NCBI GenBank assembly: GCA_045837725.1
Contig: JBEWZL010000091.1
Span: 1 to 64,000, forward strand
Length of the DNA stretch: 64,000 nt
Origin: Vermamoeba vermiformis
Taxonomy: Eukaryota
Direction of reading: 5' to 3'
The notes under the pieces were generated by a model. That model was not told the origin of the DNA. It worked only from the letters and a program-made list of their open reading frames with translations, and made no database searches. Numbering within the stretch: position 1 is the stretch's first letter; each line of letters starts with the position of its first letter. Shown one piece after another: positions 52,934-64,000 of this stretch. Position numbers and translations under genes: made by a program.

Positions 52934-54801
52934 ATGAGCACCAAAGAAGCAGAAAATTTAGAGCTACTGCAGCACGATCATCATGGCGATGATTGGAAGA
53001 TGGATGTAGCCAAGCTCGGTCCTTTCAAAAAGACAGACGAAGATCTTAAATCAATTAAAGATAAAAAGAAGAAAAAATTCTATAAGAAGCAAAACGAACT
53101 TATTGATGAGCTCGAGAAGATAGAATCTGGAGAGTTGTCGAATAAAAAAGAAGAAGAGCGTATTGGTAAGTTTTTAAACACGAAATATAATATTGACCAT
53201 ACTGCTGGTACCCAAATACGCACGAGGATTTTTTTTATAAAGTTTTGTGGACCAAATGGACAACTTCTGATCAATTTCCAAATCTAGCTCGTCGTGGCCA
53301 AGTTGCTGTCCGTTTGTCCTTCGCCTTGAACGTAGTCTTAATCGGAATAAAATTAGCCATCGTAATTCGATCAGGCTCAATCTCGGTTATCGCATCGGTA
53401 ATCGACTCATGTTTGGACATTGTTTCTGGCTCAATTATTTTCGTAACTAGTTGCTTGATGCGCCGCAAGGTAAGTATCGATGAAAATATCATAACACACT
53501 TCGTTTATATTGGTAAATCTTTGTTTAAATTTCTTTTACGGAGTTTGGTTTGTGCCCATCTAATTTCCTTTTGTGTTTATCGCAGAATAAATATAAATAC
53601 CCGGCCGGAAAGACCCGTTTAGAGCCTCTCGGAATCGTAGTATTCGCAACATGTATGTTTACAGCATCTTTTCAAGTAGTGGTAAGTTGCAAAATACAAA
53701 AATACGGAAATTTGTTCTAATTACGTTCTGTGAACAGACTGAAGCAATCCGACGGCTCATAAACCAGGAACAGACTTTGGAGATTGACATATGGTCTATT
53801 GCTGGTCTTGCCGCTGTCGTACTTATCAAGCTATTTTTGCTTGTGTTTTGTATTACGTACGCTAAAGGAAGCGAATCCGCAGCAGCTTTGGCCCAAGATC
53901 ACCGAAATGACGTTATTTCGAACTCTTTCAGCATTGCAGCGGTATTACTCGCTTTCTACTATGTTTGGTGGTTGGATCCTGCTGGTGGTATGGCAATTGC
54001 TCTTTACATCATGATTAATTGGTAAGTTCCTTAGCTATTCGGAGTTCATGTCATATTCTAACAATAGTATATTAGGGCCATTACTGGTTTACGTATGTTG
54101 CTGTCTCGGAGTTAGTAGATGTTCTTTCTAACGTATTTTTAGGCTTGGTCCGTATGTTAACTGGCAAGGCAGCAAAGCGTGAGTTTGTACAAAAGATCAC
54201 GTTCTTGTGCTGGAATCATCACCCGCAAATCAAGGCCATTGATACCGTCCGTGCGTACCACTTGGCTCACGGTTACTTGGTCGAAGTCGATATCATCCTT
54301 GACGAAGGCATGGCCTTGAAGTAAGTTTTTCCGCATCGATGCGCAGGAATGTGTAACTCAATGACTTCAGGGACGCACACGACATTGGTGAGACTCTTCA
54401 GAACAAGCTCGAGAAATTCCCAGGTAAGCACGCACAATCAATGATGAAACGTGGTTTGCCTAACAGATTTATTTCGTATTTTAGAAGTCGAGCGCTGTTT
54501 CGTGCACTTAGATTACGAAGCGCGCCACGCTCCTGAACACGGCTCTATTTTCGAAGAGACCGAAAAGGAAAAGGCGGCAAGACTGAAGAAGGAAGAGAAG
54601 GCTAAAGCCAAGGCTGAAAAGAAGCAGTCCAATAGCCTTAAGAACAGCACCGAGGATTTGAAGAGCAGCGTTGAATTGAAGACTAGCGGTAGCATTGAAA
54701 TGAAAAAATCAACTTCATCTAGATCAATTTCAGAGCTCTCGGGATCCGAGGAGAAAGAGCGAATCGATGCTCACGCTGGAAAAAAATTGAACAAGGCCTA
54801 A
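52934..54801 (+). CDS. Cation diffusion facilitator, metal tolerance protein (Mn-CDF type)
   Basis: FY.KQN.LI, ASVIDS.LD, YP.GKTRLEPLG, AQDHRND, IDTVRAYH, VEVDI, AHDIGE.LQ.KLE, VERCFVHLDYE. Confidence 0.93.
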
Positions 54802-55548
54802 TGTAAGCCTATGGTTTGTAAATAAATAGTTTACGATCAGCGGAGTGCCAAATTTCAGTTTGTGATTTCCGTTTTTGTCTCATATTTACAGCGTTTTTGT
54901 TTGCGGCATTATTTGAAGCTCGTGTATACTAAAAGAAACAACAAAGGACAAGCCTTTTTGACGTGTCAAAAGCAGATCTGTATTATTAACAGGCCGATCT
55001 TGTTCCGCACGTCTCGAAGCTTCCTTTTGTGCAGTGTATATTATTTTTATTATTTATATGTATTATTTATGGTATAGAATTAATTAGATATAACAAGGTA
55101 TGTTCCCGCTTTATTTAATGACATACGAATAATAATAAATTACATCCGTCATAATAAATCAAACAAAATATCTACCATTGGTCCAGTTAAATTCTAGAAC
55201 CTACCTGGTCGTTGGTCTGGTTACAGCTCTAAAATTAAGCTGTCCTGTATTCGAAATCTAGAAACTTGCACGAAGGAAATTTGTTCTGAAGCATTACTTT
55301 TGTAGCTTAATGATATCTTATGTATTTAAATTTATTTAATGTCGCGATCTACTCAAATTTAGCCATCTAGATCATCTGATCGTTGCTTTCCCGAGAACAC
55401 TTGATAAATCATTTAACATAAAATATTAAAATAAGAACCTTCTAAAAGAAAACATTGCTTTCCTTATTATTCCTGACGGATGTCATTAAATAGATTTTTT
55501 GGAATTCAATAGAGAGGCACATAATTAACGCTATTTTAGTTTAGAATA

Positions 55549-58500
55549 ATGGCCAGCGAAAAGAATGTAAATAGTACGGACGCTAAAGGCGGAGAGGATT
55601 TGCCCGTGGATGTTTCCAATCAAAGGCTCACAAAATTGCCGAATTGGGTCTACAACTCGCATGCCCTGTCCATGCTGAATGCGAAGAATAACAAGTTAGC
55701 TAGACTAGGCAAAAAAATATTCAAATTAACGCGACTGACGCACTTGAACTTGCGTAACAATAATTTGAAGAAGTTGACGCGAGGAAATAGACTGGGTATC
55801 GAGAAGTTAACGTCACTACGGTATTTGGATCTGGGTCAAAATCAACTATCTAGATTACCAGTATCTATAGCGCAATTGGCCCGATTAGATTCTCTCAGTA
55901 TTGATCACAATCATTTAACACAGGTACGGCGCCGAGATCTCGCTGAGTAAATTACGATATTAATAACGGTATTTTTATAGCTTCCTCGAGAGATGGCCAC
56001 AGGGTTATCTAGACTACAGATACTTCATTTGGATTACAACAACATCGGCCCTACTTTGTTCAGTGCGACCAAAGCACGTGAATCTTTTGACGGAGATGAC
56101 AGTTCGGAAGAAGACGAAGAAGAGCCGATGCCAAATCAAACTATTATAACCGCAAATGGAGAGGCGTTTGATATTAGCACGAGCTGGAGTTCAACTCTGA
56201 AGCATCTAAGCGTTTCTTGGAACAGGCTAGTCGAATGCCCGGATGGCTTGGCACGTTTGGCGAGCTTGACTTACTTAGATCTCAGTCACAACCAATTGCG
56301 AGAGCTGCCTGACGACATTGGAAACTTGAGTCTCCTCCACACTCTAATCGCGAGCAGTAATCCGATCGAAACGCTTCCCTCGACCCTTCACAAGTTACAC
56401 AATTCATTGCACACGCTGCACTTGGACTACAATAGGCTTCAGTTCATACCTCCTCAAGTTTATCAACTTACTAAGCTTGCCGAATTGAAACTGAACAACA
56501 ACTTGATCGCTGAAATTGGTCACAACATTTCGCAACTGACGTCATTGAAGGTGCTGCATTTGAATGACAATAGAGTGCGCTACATCCCATTTGAACTCAC
56601 AACGCTACCCGTGGTTCAAAGCGCAGTAGTCGACGTCTCAACAGGCATTCCGCTGACAGATATCAATCAACACGATATTCACAGCATTTTGTCGATGTCT
56701 GAGGAGACTCTGAGTCATAGCAACGAAGCAACTTTTGCCGTGCATCTCGAAGGCAATCCTCTGGAAGACCAAATCCCGCGCGAAGTTCTTAAGCTCGGCA
56801 ATGCTGCTGTGATCTCATTCGTGCGATCAATCAATCAATCCAAAGCAAAGTGGCGCCGTGTCAAGCTGATGTTTGTTGGAGAGGAGAACGTAGGAAAGTC
56901 GACCTTGTTACGTATCTTGACCAGCAAGTTCTCGTCGGATTCTGCGGCCTCCAATTCAGCACAAGGAACAGGCTCCGAGCCTTCGATTTCCAATACTGTA
57001 TCGGTGCTCAACTTACTAGGCTCGTCATCTGCTCCCAGCATACCCGTATCACTAAGTGCTGAGGTACCTACTCCACGTGACTTGAATAAGAAAGCTACAG
57101 TGCGAGACCTTGGCAATTCAGCGGAGAAAAACAAAGCAACTGACGGAATCAAGATTTACGATTGGTTGCCTGAGATGGACGAAGACATAACGAGCACGTT
57201 ATCGCCCGAACAGATGGAAGACCTCAGCAAATATCCGTTGGTTTATTCTTGTTGGGACTTTGCTGGACAGGATGTGTATGTATTTTGATTATTGTTACAG
57301 CAATACGTTTACTAATAATACAAACAGGTACTACCCGACGCATCAATTTTTTTTGAGCGGCCGTTGCATCACATTGCTGATGTTCAACTTGACCGATGTT
57401 AAAGGATCTCGCATCGAGTACTGGTTGAAGGCGATTAAACAACGAGCTGGTGTTGGAGTGGGAGCTCCTGCTTGTCTATTAGTGGGTACTCACCGCGATG
57501 ACAAAAGAGTTGCTGACGAGCGCATTTGGACCGACACTTTGGCCAAGCTGAAGCAGAAATATCAAAGCAAATTCCCGTTCATTAAGGGCTACTTCGCTAT
57601 CAGTTGCAAGAGCTTCAAAGGCATTCGAGAGTTGAAGAACAAAGTCCTCGACTTGACGCTCAGCTCTCGTGTTATGTCACAGCAAGACGTGCCACTTGGT
57701 TGGGTCATGCTTGTCGATCACATCAAGCGAAAGAGACAACAAGAGCAAATAATTAACGTGGCACAATTCGCTCAGTTCGCACGATCATGTGCCGGTGTGG
57801 AAGTACCAGATATTCCGACGTTGGTACGATTCTACAACTCTGTTGGTATTCTGTCATTTTTCGATGACACTAGCGACGACGCGCAATTTTTGAAGTTCAT
57901 CAATATCAACAAACAGCCCAGCAAGAGCACCATGTTAAACGAGTTGGTCATTTTAAATCCTCAATGGATCGCCGATTTGATGTCGACTATCATCACAATC
58001 AAGCACTCGTTTGCAAAGGACGGTGTGTTGATGGAGTCAGATCTGCCTCAGATATGGCGAGACTATCCCACGGCCATGTACGATGCACTGTTGAACCTGC
58101 TGGAGAAGTTCGAAGTGGCTTACAGACTAAGAAATTCCAATTTGATTGTCTCACCTGCTATTACTTTCTTGGCGAAGCTACCAATGCGCTACGAACGAAT
58201 CAAACGCAAGAACAGACCTGGACGTAGCAACACTGTGTTTGCACTCAATTATCAAGACCCAGAAGTACCGGATTCAACAGAAGATATGACCGGTGGACGC
58301 GAGAGAAGTGGCACTGTCATCGTTCATGATTCATTGCCGCCATTTGATATGAGTGCCCTGGAGAGCCCGCCAATCAATGACATTACTAACTCGGTCACGA
58401 AATCTCCTCGGGATAGTCCACTTCGAGAGGCAAGAGATGACGCGGGGTTGAAGAAAGCAACGAAAGGCAGCGCTGCAGTTACACGCACGGATCGAAGCAA

Positions 58501-61500
58501 GAGTTTTGACTTGGGCAAGAAGCACGCGATCACCAGCATTAACTTGACCAACCTGCCAAAGCCTTTCGAGAAGTCCGAGACGTCACCAAAGGAAAAGAAA
58601 GAAAAAGAGAAGGAAAAAGATAAGCGCAAGAGTCCACGAAGAAAACGACGAGACAGCGACTTGGCTCCGCGACGAACCCCGTTGGCGAAGAGTGATAATG
58701 CCGTTCAATCCCTGAGCGCGGAAAAACTGATTTCACCTCCGCTCGTGCAAACCGTGGGATTACCCACTGGCGGATCATTGGACTCCGTTATAGAACAGCC
58801 TTTACCTGCACAGGTTGTAAATTTGAAGACATCGGCCGAGGCTCTTGACGACAGTCTTGAAAGCAGCGTTGATAGCGATATGAGTTCCGATGAAGATCCG
58901 GTCAGTCCAATGAAAAAGAAAAAAGACCGCTCAAAGCGTGAAAAGAAGAAAGAAAAGTCAAAGAAGGCAAAGTTGATCAGAAATTCAAGCGGAAAGATTA
59001 AGATTAGCTCGACTGTGAACTACTCTCCAGAACCCAGAGACGAAACTAAGGCTATTGCTATCAAGGGTGTGTTGAAGAGAACCCCGAGCAGATCCAACAA
59101 CGAAACGCCCGTTGGATCGCCGGCCATGAACACGAGCAGCAGCACGGTGTCTTTTGATGTACGCTCGTCACCCGAGTCAAGCAGCGCGAGTAACAGTGAG
59201 CGAGCTAGTTCCCCAAGAGCGGAGCGCGGACGTGACAGTGCGGGCATTAAGATTGTTGTGCCTTGCCTGTTGCCCAAAGAGCCCAACTTGAAGATGTTTG
59301 ACGCGTTGTGGCCTGAACCATTCGCTGAATTCACTTCCGACCCTGACTCGATCAACTACGATGAAATGTCTGGCAACCTGATCGTATCTATCGATGGAAA
59401 TGATCAAGGCAATTCTCAAGACTTCTTGCATCCCATGGGGCGTGTGTTATTGTTCGACTTCATGCCGTTAGGATTTATGGTAAGTTGAATGGTAGTGGTA
59501 ATTTCCTGGCTAACACCGTGCTTTCAGTCGCGACTTATTGTTAGGACTTTGCAGCTACGACAGATCAAACCACTTTATTTCTGGCGCCATGGTATTATGT
59601 TGGATTTAATCAACGAAGACACTGCTTTTACATCGCGCGGTTTGATCGTGTTTGATGAACTTAATTACAACCTTCACATTCGCATTCGCACCAAAAAGAA
59701 CAAAGAAGGCGTGGACGACAAAGGGTACATCAAACCAGCAGCGCAGTTGATGATGTTGCTCATGGACAACATCAACATTTTGTTGTCTCACTCGTGGTTC
59801 AAATTCTCGAAACAGCCAGAGATCAGAATTCCGTGTTCGCACTGCTTGGAGCAGAAGTTTGATAAGCTCTGGACTGACCCGAATGCCGTGCCCTCAGTCA
59901 TGAACATTTGTTGGTTCACGCTGGAAGAGTGCCTGATGCGAATTTACACGGGTTCCGATCACGTTGTTTGCTCCGTGACTCGACAATCGGAACGCGTCGT
60001 GAACCTCTTCTCTAACAATACTCGCATGCGCAAATTGTACAACAACTACGCACTCAACTCAGGACTTAGGCTCGTACACGACGCGAGAAGAGTAAGACAA
60101 TCCGTTCCCTTTAGTAACGTACACTTACCTTTATATTTTACAGCGTTTTGAACCGACTGTAAAGGCGAACGTACCTCTGTCTGACATTTGCCCTGATTTA
60201 ACGTTCTCGTTTTTGTCGGCAAACTCTGAAAACAACATATCAAGCTTGTTGGTCAACTTCGATGACTTTGTTCTCGAACGAAAGCTCGCAGTTGGTGGTT
60301 TTGCGGAAATTTTTGTTGGCAGACAAAAGCCCAAGGAGTCCGAATACTTCAACGACGACAAAGTATTTGCAATCAAAGTATTGTTGAACCAAATGAAACA
60401 AGTCACTCTGCCACCAAGTCCTCGAAGTGCCCAGCCGACTCCCGAAAAGCCCGCGACAGACACTAACGCTCCTTCAACAGTGCAACCAGTTACACCAGAG
60501 GTCGAAACACCTGCCGTGCAAAACCCAGAACCGAGCGGCACTGTTTCACCTCCGCCTGAGGAAGTCGTTGTCACTAATCAAGAGGTCTCGCAGCAACAGC
60601 TATTGCAGCTTCAGAACTTAGAGCGTGCCAAACAGTCCTTTGCACCACAAGAGGTTACTGGAACTGAAGCTGATGAGCTCATGGATCGAGAGGCCTTTAC
60701 ACTGTTAGGCGAGACTTTCCGTGAATTGCAGCACGAAGTGTTTGTCATGTGTCAACTTCGTCATCCAAACATCGTTACGCTGCACGCATTATCCATCAAC
60801 CCTGTGGCACTGTTCATGGAGTTCTATCCGTTAGGCTCGCTGGACAAGTACTTGAGAGCTGCCATCGAAGGTCGCTCTGCTTCATCATCCCCACGTGGCA
60901 TCGAACAACCAAAGGCGCTGAGCTGGAAGTACCGCGTGAAGGTAGCATTAGATATAGCTCAAGGAATGAACTACTTGCACGGAGAAGACATCATTCATCG
61001 TGATTTGCGATCACCAAACGTGTTGATAACCGACTTAAGCGACGAGGCAGAAGTAGTTGCCAAGGGTATGTATCTAGGATCTCTTTTTGGTTTGAGTGTA
61101 CTAACGGTTGCAGTCACGGACTTCGGAATGGCTCAATATTTAGCTGGATCTCTTTATGGGGGTGATTTTAACGGTACGTTTCCTGTCTGTGTGCCATGAG
61201 CTAATAATTTACGTAGAATGTTGGACTGCACCCGAAGTTCAAGAGGGACAAGAATACAACAACAAGTGCGACGTGTACAGTTTTGGAATCATAATGTGGG
61301 AGTTGTTGCAGATTGGTTATCCATTCATGGAGTTCAACGATAAATATGGCTCTGTGCCACGATCGGAGTTTGCACGTGCTGTCACCAATGGGCTTAGACC
61401 TTCAATTCCAAATAGCGTGCCGGATGAGTATGCCAGCGTTATAACGTAAGTATTATTTAATGCCACAATTTGTTGTATCAACTGTTTTGATTAGGTTATG

Positions 61501-61597
61501 TTGGCAATCAAGCCCAGATCTACGTCCTAGTTTTAGTGAGGTTGCGGAATTGCTTTTGCCCTTGTTGAAAATCTGTGAGAAATGGCTGCCATTGTAA
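55549..61597 (+). CDS. Roco kinase (LRR-Roc-COR-TKL kinase)
   Basis: LRRs; KLMFVGEENVGKST, ATDGI, WDFAGQ..YY.THQFF, VGTH.D; COR with long low-complexity insert; kinase HRDLRSPN, DFG, WTAPE, DVYSFG. Confidence 0.95.
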
Positions 61598-62419
61598 TGT
61601 AAAATTAAAGTTTGTTTGATAAAGCCTTTTGTTGCTGCCTAATAATATAATATAATATTTCGTCGTCTTCGTCGGACTTTTTTCGTTTTTTGTTTTCTTT
61701 AAGTTTTTCCATTTTTTTGTTATTTTCTCTTTCCAACTCGTCGTCATCCAGATCTGTAAATAACCACAAATTTAGAATTTATTGTGAAAAAATTTGCAAC
61801 TATTTTTCCTTACGTTTATTTCTTTTTTATCGCTTTCTGCTTGATTCGCGTTTTCATTTTCGTTTCCTTCGTCTTTATTATAAGAAGATGGCTCGGCATA
61901 GTCTTCACCATTATTTACATCGTTGTTTTCATCTACCGCCGAGCACTTGATCTGCAACCGGATTTACGTTGACCTCGTCGATAGAGCGTTATTATTCGTT
62001 TCAAACACCTCTTCGGGGTTATTAAACTTCGTTATCAGCCAAATGAAAAAGAACAACAAATTCTTGATCGGTGGCAAGACTTTGTTGCTCTTTTACGCCT
62101 ATCGTGTTTGAACACCAAAACTGTACGACCTACTAGTCGCTACTTGATTTTTCTTTCTAGTAACCAATGATAGAAAACAAAGACGATGAGCAGTAAGTTA
62201 ATGACTTCCGTTCGATGTCTGCTAATAAAATTAGCTTCAAAGAAAAGAAAAATTGATAACGCTACCGAGGAAAGGTCTGGAAAGAAAGCCAGGAAAGGTA
62301 CACTCCCTTCTTCGGAGATTTAAAATATTTTTTTGAAAGAAATATTATTGTTGTCCGGATTCAAATCCCGCCAAAAATAATTTATAAATAGTTCCCACCC
62401 CGTAAATATTATGAATTTT

Positions 62420-63115
62420 ATAAATTATTTTAAGTAAAATTCAAAATTTGAATAATGTATTACACGGGACGTTCGCAACCCGGGTAGAGCGTGCCTGCGT
62501 GCGAATACACAAATATACAATATTTTAAAGAGACTTATTTTATTACTTTATTACTACGGTTACACGATTCAAACACACGCAGAACTCGTTTGGCTTGACT
62601 ACTCTTAGCAGCACGGAGCAAGGCAGTGACGGAAGTGTTTGGACTTACCTTCGCGGTGTAGGCGGCTTCCGTGGCACTCAGGACTTTGACAACGCGAAAA
62701 AAACAAAAAAGTTTCGTGACACATCTTAGCTCACCTTCCAAATGCGGTCAAAATGACAAGATATCTCGGAAATTCTTGTCGGAAAACTGGAATGACCAAT
62801 CATTTGGAAGGATTGAGCTTTGTTTACGTCACGCAATTTTTTCATTTGTCAAAGTCCAAGTGCCACGGAACCACGAACGCACGCCGTCGGAGGTAAGTTT
62901 AAAACTTGTTGCTGCATTGCTGCCTTGGTAAAGCGCTAAGAGTGTTCAAGCCATTTGTCGGATCTGTATGTGTTTGTACCATGCAACCCGTAATAAAATA
63001 CTGTGGTTTAGCATATATTGTGTAATTTATGTCTATTCGCTTGCACGTACGCTCGGTGCCGGCCGCAACGCACGTTATTATTATTGAAATTATGAATTTT
63101 TAAAATAATTAAAAT
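62420..63115. repeat. Long degenerate inverted repeat centred near 62767
   Basis: Mirror-ordered blocks: GACAAGA/TCTTGTC, CCTTCCAAATG/CATTTGGAAGG, AGCTCA/TGAGCT, CGTGAC/GTCACG, GGACTTTGACAA/TTGTCAAAGTCC, TTCCGTGGCACT/AGTGCCACGGAA, ACTTACCT/AGGTAAGT, ACTCTTAGC/GCTAAGAGT, TGGCTTGA/TCAAGCCA, GCGAATA/TATTCGC. Confidence 0.85.
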
Positions 63116-63549
63116 TCTAAACAAAATTTAAACTATTTACAGGGTTCGAACTTATTATTGTTAACCGGGCTCAAATCCCCCCGGAAAATTGTTTATAAAA
63201 CTCTTAAAATTAAAATTAAGTTTCAATTCTATTAAAATATTGAATTATGAAACAACGATAAACAAATTAATTATCAGAACGAACAATTTAAAATGATTTA
63301 ACAATTAATATTAATAAATTACGGCAGTAACGGATGCACGCAGATCGACGGATGTGTTCGTTAAATTATTTTGTCGTGACTGATTTGAGACAACACCGGA
63401 ACTAACCTTTATTTTAAACATAAATATATGTATACAACAACATGAATACCAAAACTACAAAAAACAAAGAAAGTCACGAGCGCGAGATTGGCGAGGAGAG
63501 CGAGCAAGCAGTGGGAGCATGGAGCATTGGATTGTCGTTGCGTTGTATT

Positions 63550-64000
63550 TTATACACGCTGCTTGAGAGGATTTAAGCAGTGAAGGTAACATTTGAAAAC
63601 TAACGTACGAGTAACCATTTGGAATGCTAAGACGATTTGCTGTTGCAGGGTTAGATCGCGATTGTAATAGTTTCGAAGGATATGCTTAACGAACGCAAAT
63701 ATAAGTTCGATGGGATTTAGCTCGGGTGAGTACTTGGGCAATAACTTCAGCTGAATTTTTAGCTTATCTAAGTACTGTACTAACTCGGCGAATCCTTCAG
63801 CACTAGTATGAATGCGAGAATTATCTACAATCAGGTAGTCACCTTCGCGTAGAACATCGCGCGTTACACACCAACGAACAAAAGAATTGAAGTCCGAGTG
63901 ACAGTTCGTTTTGGGTCGAATTACACCAACGATTGGCTCCGTCTCTGGGTCGATACTAAACAATTAATACGTTGATGACAAAGCTTTACATCATACCATG
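63550..64000 (-). mobile_element. IS630/Tc1/mariner-family transposase, C-terminal part (continues beyond window)
   Basis: YLIVDNSRIH...LLPKYSPELNPIELIFAFVK carries the second D and the E of the DDE triad. Confidence 0.9.

Noticed and set aside
61600-62340. Exon-like fragments on both strands (acidic/Lys-rich minus segments; plus-strand MSTSKKRKIDN...)
   Set aside because: Splice phases do not join into a consistent ORF. Possibly relics, but I cannot support a gene model.
62350-63200. tRNA genes suggested by TTCAAATCCC and GGTTCGAA motifs
   Set aside because: No cloverleaf or A-box at the right spacing.
62400-63550. Fanzor/TnpB nuclease or guide RNA downstream of the Tc1-like transposase
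   Set aside because: No RuvC-like or zinc-finger ORF is visible in this interval.

Overview
Gene-dense, intron-rich eukaryotic DNA using the standard code, with short GT-AG introns that often carry CTAAY branch points. A Roco kinase suggests an amoebozoan-type protist (inference). About 22 spliced host genes were assembled by eye: PA-domain multi-TM receptor, secreted Cys-rich protein, alpha-carbonic anhydrase, ABCG transporter, TPR-array kinase, small 4-TM protein, pyruvate decarboxylase-like enzyme, Na+/H+ exchanger, SDR39U1-like epimerase, GPI-anchored LPMO-like protein, two P450s, HTH protein, a very large (~2,000+ aa) bacterial-like protein, two F-box proteins, histidine phosphatase, FHA-SAM-SNF2/RING helicase, CDF transporter and a Roco kinase. 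Both window ends hold DNA transposon genes. At the left, a piggyBac-like element encodes one spliced ORF fusing an intact ubiquitin-specific protease (USP) to a DDD transposase. At the right is the C-terminal part of an IS630/Tc1/mariner transposase. The most notable items are the USP-piggyBac fusion, a TPR-kinase whose near-identical 102-bp repeats vary mostly at ligand-binding positions, a ~700-bp degenerate palindrome with outward-facing splice donors, an LPMO-like protein with an apparent Trp at the axial site, and an atypical P450 lacking the catalytic Thr. All exon boundaries are manual predictions; no database searches were run.
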